Positions 19,176 through 26,786 of a stretch of DNA of 64,000 nucleotides are shown here, in pieces. Numbering within the stretch: the first letter of the stretch is position 1; every line of letters starts with the position of its first letter. Made by a program: the position numbers and the translations under genes. Location: positions 1,885,789 to 1,949,788 of the forward strand of contig CP070705.1 in NCBI GenBank assembly GCA_020349965.1. The letters are read 5' to 3'. The notes under the pieces are model-generated. The model was not told the origin of the DNA and did no database searches. It saw nothing but the letters and a program-made list of their open reading frames with translations. Source of the DNA: a candidate division WOR-3 bacterium. GTDB lineage: Bacteria; Hydrothermota; Tepidihabitantia; SM23-42.

Positions 19176-20495
19176 TTGGTCCGCACGCTATTAGTTACGG
19201 CCTTTCTGTTGCTGCATTCGTTATCCGCGATGCCAAGCGCGGATCGGCAGCCCCTGGTTGAAACCAGGGGTAATGTTTTTTACTCGACCCAATACTTACT
19301 CGCCGGAATGCAGAGTGTCCGTAATCAACAGGACGTAGAACGTCTCATATTCGGAATGCTCGAAAGATATAACAACAACGGATTTCCATTTTGCCGCATC
19401 ACCCCGGACGTGATCCGTTTGGAAGATGCGCCCATGAGAATCATTCTAAATATAGATGAAGGCCCGAGGGTTATCGTCCAGGACCTGTTCTTCCAAACGA
19501 CCGGACGTACGAACTCAAACGCTGCCATTCGACTTGCTAATTACAGAGAGGGTCTTCATTTCTCCAGGAAAGAGGCCGAACGCGCAAAGAAACGACTGAT
19601 GAAGACCAAAGCATTCGAAGCCGTAAACGAACGTATCCTTGAGCGCGATGGCAGATATTATCTGATGCTTACTGCAAATGAAAAAGAGAGTGATTTTCTC
19701 ACTCTTTCCGGCTCGTTCAGCGGTACCGATGATGCGAACTTCGGCGCATCATTTTCGTCCTTCAATGTTCTGGGTACACTGCGCACATTGGATTTCGAAT
19801 ACGAATACCAGCGTCTCTTCTTGATCAGATTCCGCGAACCGGTACTCATCTCCCCCGCACAGATCGACGCCGATTTTTCCATCCTGACCTACGACAGTAC
19901 AAGGCTGATCAGCGGACGCTTGGAATTTGCAGCTCCGATCGGAATGAACATCGGCGTATCGCTTCTCTCAGGTATCGAAACCGCCAATTATTACACAAAC
20001 GACACGGCAACACATCAGAGTACCGACAATCTCCTCGGAATGGGAATCAACTTCGATTACACCCGTCCTGACTGGTCTGTACTTCAAACGGTCAAATTCG
20101 ACTACCTCTTCCGGGACAAAGACAGATGGAGAATAATGTATGATGGCGAGTTCGAACTGTTCAAGTTCGTCATCAGACCGCACTACCGACGTGTTCAGAC
20201 CGATGGCTTTGAATTCTTCGATTATTTTCGTATGGGCGGCGCCAAAGATATACGGGGCTACCTCGAAGATGAATTCATAACGACTCGTGCAATGTGGTGT
20301 AATGTCGAATATCATCGTCTGTTCATCTTTCCGCTCTTTGACATTGCACGAATCGGCGGAGAGATATTCTTTTCCTTTGGCTTTGGCATCACAGCAAAAT
20401 CCAGGTTTGCTGACGCCACACTCGTTCTGGCCTGGCCGCGAAAGGGCAAATGGTCAGACGGTAAGATCCATCTTACTTTTGCCAAAGGCTTCTGA
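19176..20495 (+). CDS. POTRA plus beta-barrel outer-membrane protein (Omp85/TamA-like, divergent)
   Basis: YNNNGFPF and IDEGPRV POTRA motifs, MGGAKDIRGY (Omp85 VRGY-like), C-terminal Phe. Confidence 0.75.
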   Translation: MVRTLLVTAFLLLHSLSAMPSADRQPLVETRGNVFYSTQYLLAGMQSVRNQQDVERLIFGMLERYNNNGFPFCRITPDVIRLEDAPMRIILNIDEGPRVIVQDLFFQTTGRTNSNAAIRLANYREGLHFSRKEAERAKKRLMKTKAFEAVNERILERDGRYYLMLTANEKESDFLTLSGSFSGTDDANFGASFSSFNVLGTLRTLDFEYEYQRLFLIRFREPVLISPAQIDADFSILTYDSTRLISGRLEFAAPIGMNIGVSLLSGIETANYYTNDTATHQSTDNLLGMGINFDYTRPDWSVLQTVKFDYLFRDKDRWRIMYDGEFELFKFVIRPHYRRVQTDGFEFFDYFRMGGAKDIRGYLEDEFITTRAMWCNVEYHRLFIFPLFDIARIGGEIFFSFGFGITAKSRFADATLVLAWPRKGKWSDGKIHLTFAKGF

Positions 20496-20547
20496 GGATT
20501 CACAGGTAACGATACCACATCCTTCAGCGATTCGTTGAACAGCAGGC

Positions 20548-20575
20548 TTGAACAACACTTCTTTGTCGCTATAAT
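20548..20575 (+). promoter_or_regulatory. Promoter of the wzi-like gene
   Basis: TTGAAC-N16-TATAAT. Confidence 0.7.
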
Positions 20576-20610
20576 AACTATCTGAAGGAATTGTTACTAA
20601 GGAGGAAAGC

Positions 20611-21966
20611 ATGGTACTGCTTCTCATATTTGCCTACACTTTGCCGATCGACTCACCTTTGATGGATGACATAGAATACCTTCAGCTCAGAGGACTTGTC
20701 GACATTCCCTCCATGAAACCTTATGATACGGAATGGGTGACCGGGCAGATAGATGCACTGATCATAAATGAAATCCGCCTCAATGCCATCGACCGGACCA
20801 TCTTGTCGAGCTTCTCACCTCTACTGCTTAAGAATCCGGATTTCTCATATCTGCTTCACGTCAACGGCGCGTATGAAAGATATCCTATATTGTATTACGG
20901 GGCACTCGACGAACGGTTCGGCGGGTCAATCCTCTCTCACTTAAGCTTCTCCCACGCAATGAAAATCCGGCGCGCCAATACACTGGACACGCTCGGTCCA
21001 AAGCCCTGGAACGAATTCCAGGCTTATCTCAAGGAAGGACTCCTGAGGTTTGAACATAATAGGCTCCGCTTCGATCTTGGACGGCGTAACCTTCAATGGA
21101 ACTCTGGCGGGACCCACAGTCTTATTCTTTCAGCGGACGCCCAAGGATATGACGGATTCCTGCTCGCTCTTAAAGGCGCCTACCTCGAGTTCCACGGTAT
21201 GTTCACGATACTTGAAGCCGCGAGAGCCAAATACCTGTCGCTCCACCGTCTTGGATTGAATCTCAGAGGATTCCTGAAAATCGGATTCTCCGAAGCCGTC
21301 CTTTCCGCCGATTCACTCGAACCACTCTACTTGAATCCATTCCTTCCTTTTTATCTTGCTCAGTGGGGCACTGCCCGCGACGATAACGCCATGTGGTCAT
21401 TCGACATGCAACTTCATCTCTTTAATTCGATACTCTACGGTGAATTACTCATTGATGATTTCATGTACGAAGATGATCCCTTCCCGGACAAAATCGCTTA
21501 CCAAATTGGATTGAAATCATTACTTTGGGAATCTGTGATCGCCCACATGAATTACACGTTTGTCGACAAATGGGTCTACACGCAGCGCCTTGCACAAAAT
21601 GTTTATGAGCGGAACGGACATTGTCTCGGTTTTCCGCTGGGCAACGATGTCGATCGCCTCTCGATTTCGCTGAAGTACATCAATCGGTTCGGCATTTCCC
21701 CGCGCGTATCGTTCCTTTACACACGACAAGGTGAAGGAAGTATATACATACCGTACGAAGACGAGGGTGGATCCGTTAATCCCCCATTTCCTTCAGGCAT
21801 TGTTGAGAGAAAACTCGAACTCCGATTCGGCGTAGACTATACCTTCCGAAATCATATTCACCTGAGAATGAATATTGGTCGGAAGGACCTGTATAATGCC
21901 GACCATATCGAAGGCAATGATGTTGATGACCTTATTCTGAATTTGTCGTGTTGGTTGATTCTTTAG
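20611..21966 (+). CDS. Capsule assembly Wzi-family outer-membrane protein
   Basis: LGRRNLQW..G..SLILS, LSLHRL, IGFSEA, YLNP, DN..WSFD, YGELLIDD, LGFPLGND; AAGGAGG RBS. Confidence 0.75.
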   Translation: MVLLLIFAYTLPIDSPLMDDIEYLQLRGLVDIPSMKPYDTEWVTGQIDALIINEIRLNAIDRTILSSFSPLLLKNPDFSYLLHVNGAYERYPILYYGALDERFGGSILSHLSFSHAMKIRRANTLDTLGPKPWNEFQAYLKEGLLRFEHNRLRFDLGRRNLQWNSGGTHSLILSADAQGYDGFLLALKGAYLEFHGMFTILEAARAKYLSLHRLGLNLRGFLKIGFSEAVLSADSLEPLYLNPFLPFYLAQWGTARDDNAMWSFDMQLHLFNSILYGELLIDDFMYEDDPFPDKIAYQIGLKSLLWESVIAHMNYTFVDKWVYTQRLAQNVYERNGHCLGFPLGNDVDRLSISLKYINRFGISPRVSFLYTRQGEGSIYIPYEDEGGSVNPPFPSGIVERKLELRFGVDYTFRNHIHLRMNIGRKDLYNADHIEGNDVDDLILNLSCWLIL

Positions 21967-21996
21967 GGGTTGTCGACCGAAAAATACGCGACCGTC

Positions 21997-23451
21997 TCAA
22001 TGCCGGAAGTGACGCACGTGGGTGAACACCATTGCAATATCGTGTTCATTACAAGCGTCGATAACCTCGCTGTCACGTTTTGAACCACCAGGCTGAATAA
22101 CCGCTGTCACACCACCTTTTGCCGCAGTATCGATTCCGTCACGGAAAGGAAAGAACGCATCCGAAGCCATTACAATACCTGCGCTGCGGTCAACCGACTG
22201 CTTTGATGCGAGTTCGACCGCACCGACCCTCGATGTCTGACCCGCACCGATTCCGACCGTCCTTCCCCTTATGGCAAAGACAATGGAATTCGATTTTGCC
22301 CACTTCACGACTTTCCAGGCGAATTTCAGGGCCGCAGTCTCATAATTATCTGGAGACCGCTTCGTCACGACTTCCCAATCCTTCAGATCCGCCTGATCGC
22401 GCTCCTGGACGAGTATTCCACCGAACACCGGCCGGTAGACGACTGGTTTTATCAACTGCGGGTTCAATTCTACAATACGTAGATTCTTCTTCGCACGCAA
22501 TATCTCCAGCGCTCCTTCATCATATCCCGGCGCAATGACGACCTCAAAAAAATGCTCGGTGACAAGTTTAGCCGTATCCGGCTCCATTGCCCGGTTCAGA
22601 CCGACGATTCCTCCAAAGGCCGACGTGGAGTCTGCCATGTACGCGCGCTCAAATGCCTCTGATTGTGTTTCTCCGACAGCCACGCCGCATGGCGTTTGGT
22701 GCTTTATGATTGCACAGGCGACCTCTTCAACGAATTCATTTGCTGCGCCGAAAGCGACGTCTGCATCGAGGATATTGTTGTAAGATATCTCTTTGCCACC
22801 GAGGATCTTAAACCCATCATGGAGAGATCTATCCAGATAAAACGCCGCCTTCTGATGTGGATTTTCACCGTAACGCATCGATATATATCTTTCGGCTGCG
22901 GCCGTATAATATCGTCGGGTTTCGAAATTCGGTGAGAAATAGTTTGCGATGATTGCATCATACCAGGCAATGTAGTCGAGTGCATTCCTTGCCAGTTCGA
23001 GTCTGTAGCTCTCATCCAACGTTTCCTTCCGCAGGACATCCGTGATCCCTTCGTATTGACCAGGGTCGAATACCACTGCGACCTTCTTGTAATTCTTGGC
23101 TGCGGCTCTGATGAGGGTCACCCCCCCGATATCTATGAACTCGATCATTTCATCGAGTTTCTTGTCCTGTTGTGCGAAAAAAGGATAGAGATTGCATACT
23201 ACGAGTCCAATCTCTCCGGTTTCAAGAATTTCTTTCGCGATCTTCTGGCTGAGCGTCTTTACCCGCTCGCTTTCCGAACCGCCCGTGTAGTCGGACACCT
23301 TGATCGATTCGATCCCATTTTCAACGAGTAACTTCTGGGTACCCCCGGTCGCTATGATCTCGAAATCAAAACTCTTCAATGTCTTTGAGAGCTCCACAAT
23401 TCCTTTCTTATCCGCAACTGAAATGAGAGCTTTTTTACTGATACTCTTCAT
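21997..23451 (-). CDS. purH: Bifunctional AICAR transformylase/IMP cyclohydrolase
   Basis: ALISVADK, RVKTL, NLYPF, IDIGG, RYGENPHQ, SYNNILD, KHQTPCG, ASDAFFPF, HVRHFRH. Confidence 0.97.
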   Translation of the reverse strand: MKSISKKALISVADKKGIVELSKTLKSFDFEIIATGGTQKLLVENGIESIKVSDYTGGSESERVKTLSQKIAKEILETGEIGLVVCNLYPFFAQQDKKLDEMIEFIDIGGVTLIRAAAKNYKKVAVVFDPGQYEGITDVLRKETLDESYRLELARNALDYIAWYDAIIANYFSPNFETRRYYTAAAERYISMRYGENPHQKAAFYLDRSLHDGFKILGGKEISYNNILDADVAFGAANEFVEEVACAIIKHQTPCGVAVGETQSEAFERAYMADSTSAFGGIVGLNRAMEPDTAKLVTEHFFEVVIAPGYDEGALEILRAKKNLRIVELNPQLIKPVVYRPVFGGILVQERDQADLKDWEVVTKRSPDNYETAALKFAWKVVKWAKSNSIVFAIRGRTVGIGAGQTSRVGAVELASKQSVDRSAGIVMASDAFFPFRDGIDTAAKGGVTAVIQPGGSKRDSEVIDACNEHDIAMVFTHVRHFRH

Positions 23452-23453
23452 TA

Positions 23454-24647
23454 TTATGCTCCGTATTTCTTCATCTTCAATGCATTTGCCAGAAGCAAAG
23501 GCATAATGTCCATTGATTTGATATTACCCAAAATTCCTTGAGCGCAATTTCTCTCCGTGAATCGCTTTTTTTCGGGAAAGACATAATTCGAATGGAGAAG
23601 CAAGGGGTTGGGGTGCCACGAATGCGAACGCAAGACCGTGGGCGTCGAATGGTCCGATGTAATGCAAAGAACATCTGGCTTAAGATTCACTATCGTGATG
23701 AGGTGTTTGTCGAATTCTTCAATGCACCTGACCTTTTCCACCTGGTCGCCGTCCTCGCCGGCTTTATCAGTTCCTTTTATATGTATGAAGAAGAAATTAT
23801 AGTTAACATAATTCTCTTTGAGCGTGTTTATCTCATCCGTCAACGTTTCACCGGTCCTCAACACCTCCATACCGACCAGAGATGCGAGCCCTCGGTACAT
23901 CGGATACGTGGCAATTGCCACTGCATTCAAACCGTACCGTTCTTCCATTGAGGGGAGATTAGGGTTTCGGGCATAGCCCCTGAGAAGAACATAATTTGCG
24001 CACTTCTCATCGGTCAGAACCTCGGCCGCCCTCGTTATGAACGCGTTGACGATGTCGGCAGATCTCTTCGCTCGTTCGTCCATAGCTTCAGCAAATACCG
24101 GCTTTAGATTCTCCTTCTGTGGATCGGCATCGGTCAGACTTTCTGAAAGCCCTCCGTTCTCGAATTTCACCACGAATCGATGTTCCTTGGCCGGCTTGAT
24201 GACGACCGGTATCTGTTCTATGTCTTTGATTACGGCCTGAAGCTTTCTGCATAATCTACTGCATTCCTTCGTTGAAATTCTGCCTGCGCGGCGATCGACA
24301 ATGATACCGTCTTTGATCGTGGCAAAATTCGCGCGGACTGCCAGATCATTCTCTCCCACATCCATCTCTATCCCGAGTGCCTCAAGCACGCCTCTGCCGA
24401 TTTGATGCTCGGTGGGATCATACCCGAACAGGGCAAGGTGTGAAGGTCCGCTGCCCGGCGTTATCCCATAGGACACGGGGATTGTAAGGGCAAAACTACT
24501 CTTTTTTGCGAGGCGGTCGAGATTCGGTGTTCTGGCTATCTCAAGCGCCGTCTTATCTGGAGCCGGCAGGTCTCCCAGACCATCCAAGACGATAAGGATT
24601 ATTTTTTTCTCATTCTTGTTGAGTAATTCTCGCATAATCTGTGTCAT
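23454..24647 (-). CDS. apgM: 2,3-bisphosphoglycerate-independent phosphoglycerate mutase (archaeal-type ApgM)
   Basis: [49 protein letters not shown]. Confidence 0.94.
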   Translation of the reverse strand: MTQIMRELLNKNEKKIILIVLDGLGDLPAPDKTALEIARTPNLDRLAKKSSFALTIPVSYGITPGSGPSHLALFGYDPTEHQIGRGVLEALGIEMDVGENDLAVRANFATIKDGIIVDRRAGRISTKECSRLCRKLQAVIKDIEQIPVVIKPAKEHRFVVKFENGGLSESLTDADPQKENLKPVFAEAMDERAKRSADIVNAFITRAAEVLTDEKCANYVLLRGYARNPNLPSMEERYGLNAVAIATYPMYRGLASLVGMEVLRTGETLTDEINTLKENYVNYNFFFIHIKGTDKAGEDGDQVEKVRCIEEFDKHLITIVNLKPDVLCITSDHSTPTVLRSHSWHPNPLLLHSNYVFPEKKRFTERNCAQGILGNIKSMDIMPLLLANALKMKKYGA

Positions 24648-24668
24648 GCTCTCCTCTTCGACACCCCA

Positions 24669-24696
24669 ATGATAGTCGGATTTTATGCTCAGTCAA
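24669..24696 (-). promoter_or_regulatory. Promoter of apgM-purH
   Basis: TTGACT-N16-TATCAT. Confidence 0.7.
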
Positions 24697-24733
24697 GTGT
24701 GAACGCCTTTAAGCCGCAGCATTCTACGCGCTT

Positions 24734-25600
24734 TCAACCGAATATTCCAGCCGCGTGATACGAGGAGCGGACGAGCGGCCCACTGATAACATGCTCGATG
24801 CCGAGTCCCCGGCCGATCTTATTGAATTCGTCGAACTCATCAGGGGTGTAGAATCTTTGTACCGGAAGATGCTTCCGTGTCGGTTGCAGATACTGTCCGA
24901 TTGTGACTATCCGTACGCCGACGTTTCTCAAGTCCATCAAGGTATCAGAGATCTCGTCGATCGTTTCACCCAAACCCACCATCAGGCTGCTCTTCGTGAT
25001 GATACCTCTGTCCAATTCGGTGCACTTCCTCAGCAAAGCCAAAGATCCCTCATAACTGCACCTTCGATCACGGATATACGGTGTAAGGGTCCTCACGGTT
25101 TCGATGTTGTGGCCAACCACAAATGGCCGGGCATTCAGAACTACTCGCAAGAATTCTTCGCTGCCGCCGAAATCAGGGACGAGCGCCTCGACCTTCACCT
25201 TGGGATTTTTTTCAGTAATTCTTCTAATCGTCTCTGCATAGTGCTGGCTGCCATAATCCTCCAGGTCGTCGCGATCGACCGACGTGATGACAACGTATTT
25301 CAACCCGAGGGACCTTATGACATCTGCAACATGGTCTGGCTCCTTAGGGTCCAGGATTCCCTCTGGATCTCCAGTCTTCACGGCACAGAACCTGCACGCC
25401 CGGGTACAGACCTTGCCGAGTATCATGACGGTCGCGCTCTTCTGCTTCCAACACTCCGAAATGTTGGGGCAGCGTGCCTCCTGACAGACCGTCGAAAGGT
25501 TCTTCTCCTGGAGAATGCGGTATATGGTTTTGTATTCATCCCCGGATGGAATACTTACTTTCAGCCAATCGGGCTTTCTCAGATGACTTCTTTTAAACAT
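24734..25600 (-). CDS. lipA: Lipoyl synthase
   Basis: TVCQEARCPNISECW, CTRACRFC, ITSVDRDDL, GQYLQP, VRSSYHA. Confidence 0.98.
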   Translation of the reverse strand: MFKRSHLRKPDWLKVSIPSGDEYKTIYRILQEKNLSTVCQEARCPNISECWKQKSATVMILGKVCTRACRFCAVKTGDPEGILDPKEPDHVADVIRSLGLKYVVITSVDRDDLEDYGSQHYAETIRRITEKNPKVKVEALVPDFGGSEEFLRVVLNARPFVVGHNIETVRTLTPYIRDRRCSYEGSLALLRKCTELDRGIITKSSLMVGLGETIDEISDTLMDLRNVGVRIVTIGQYLQPTRKHLPVQRFYTPDEFDEFNKIGRGLGIEHVISGPLVRSSYHAAGIFG

Positions 25601-26238
25601 ACTCTCTTTGTTTCTTGCCCGAATATGGAACCAAAACTGCTGACGACACTCTCTTTTATTTCATCCATGGCGATTTCTCTACCCAATATTTTTTGCATCG
25701 ACACCATCTCGACATTCTTCAATCCGCAGGGCACGATCAGGTCAAAGTAATTTAGATCCGTGTTGACGTTCAGGGCAAAGCCGTGAAAACTCACCCACTT
25801 CTTCACTGCTACGCCGATCGAGCAGATCTTACCGCTTTCGGTCCACACTCCGATCATTTTTTCCTTTGTATACGCTTCAATGCCGAAGCAGTGTAGGGTC
25901 GCGATTATCGTCCTCTCAATACCATTGATAAACGGCTTAATGCCGGCAAGACCATCACGCACATTAAAAATTGGATAGCCTACGAGTTGTCCGGGTCCAT
26001 GATAAGTAGCATCTCCCCCGCGTTCGATGTGATACAAAGCCACCCCCCTTTGATTCAATGCCTCGATGGGGAAAAGCACGTTACCCGGCTTTCCGCTCTT
26101 GCCCACTGTAATGACAGGGTTGTGCTCGACGAGGATGAGCACATTGGGCAGCTCGTCTGCTACCCGCCTCGCGTGAATGTTCTTCTGGAGTTCCCAAATT
26201 TCTTTGTAGTCTCGATTACCCAGATCCAGAATGTGCAC
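25579..26238 (-). CDS. lipB: Octanoyltransferase LipB
   Basis: EHNPVITVG, RGGDATYHGPGQLVGYP, KICSIG, HGFALN, IVPCG. Confidence 0.97.
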   Translation of the reverse strand: MHILDLGNRDYKEIWELQKNIHARRVADELPNVLILVEHNPVITVGKSGKPGNVLFPIEALNQRGVALYHIERGGDATYHGPGQLVGYPIFNVRDGLAGIKPFINGIERTIIATLHCFGIEAYTKEKMIGVWTESGKICSIGVAVKKWVSFHGFALNVNTDLNYFDLIVPCGLKNVEMVSMQKILGREIAMDEIKESVVSSFGSIFGQETKRVCLKEVI

Positions 26239-26275
26239 GGCTTGCCTTATCGTCTTTTTCTCTTCTTAACTCTGC

Positions 26276-26533
26276 CTACGTCTTGTCGATCGTGGCGCTG
26301 ATAGGGATCGGTTTGACTGGCGGCCGGTAAGTAGGCTGCACGATGTCCTTAATCGGTATGTTGAGCTCTCGCGAGAGGATCTTGGCGATATGCTTACGGC
26401 AGCCCTTACCCTGGCAAAGTCCCATGGTTACCCGCATAATTCTCTTCAGGTCATCCATGGTTTGATATCCCTCTTTAATCTTCTGTACTATTTCTTCCTC
26501 GGTGATGTCTTCGCAGCGACAGATAATCTTCAC
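26276..26533 (-). CDS. BFD-like [2Fe-2S]-binding protein (sarcosine oxidase/proline dehydrogenase small-subunit type); GTG start at 26533
   Basis: IICRCEDIT...KRIMRVTMGLCQGKGC...TYRPPVKP. The 62 upstream codons in the ORF track look non-coding. Confidence 0.88.
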   Translation of the reverse strand: MKIICRCEDITEEEIVQKIKEGYQTMDDLKRIMRVTMGLCQGKGCRKHIAKILSRELNIPIKDIVQPTYRPPVKPIPISATIDKT

Positions 26534-26538
26534 GGAGT

Positions 26539-26566
26539 ATTCTACTCGGAAATCAGTCAGAGTCAA
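26539..26566 (-). promoter_or_regulatory. Leaderless promoter of bfd-lipB-lipA
   Basis: TTGACT-N16-TAGAAT-N5-GTG. Confidence 0.75.
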
Positions 26567-26743
26567 GTCGGTACAACAGAGATAGGGAAACCCGGGGAAA
26601 CGGTGAAAGGAAGAATTCACAGTGATGTGGCCGTAACCCTTAGTGACGATGCGCGCTTCGTAACCGTTGATCATATAACGTTGCCTTTTGCAGATAGCGG
26701 GATTCGTGCGGAGCAACACATATGTGTAACAATCCTCGCTGCC

Positions 26744-26771
26744 TTGACACCGTTACGTGAATCACTACAAT
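26744..26771 (+). promoter_or_regulatory. Promoter of the TonB-dependent receptor gene
   Basis: TTGACA-N16-TACAAT then AGGAGG RBS. Confidence 0.78.
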
Positions 26772-26786
26772 CTATAGGAGGCGAAA

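Noticed and set aside
16987-21966. Possible island integrated at tRNA-Ala (HNH gene nearby)
   Set aside because: No integrase, no duplicated tRNA 3' end seen, and the promoters match the host style.
24755-25750. 331-aa plus-strand ORF
   Set aside because: Antisense shadow of lipA/lipB with no recognisable motifs. The same applies to the many short antisense ORFs over the dcw, ribosomal and smc genes.
26580-26745. ATAGGGAAACCCGGGGAAACGGTGAAAGG upstream of a TonB receptor, resembling the start of a cobalamin riboswitch
   Set aside because: I could not find the downstream conserved elements or a B12 box, and the receptor's promoter lies 3' of it. An Infernal search would settle it.
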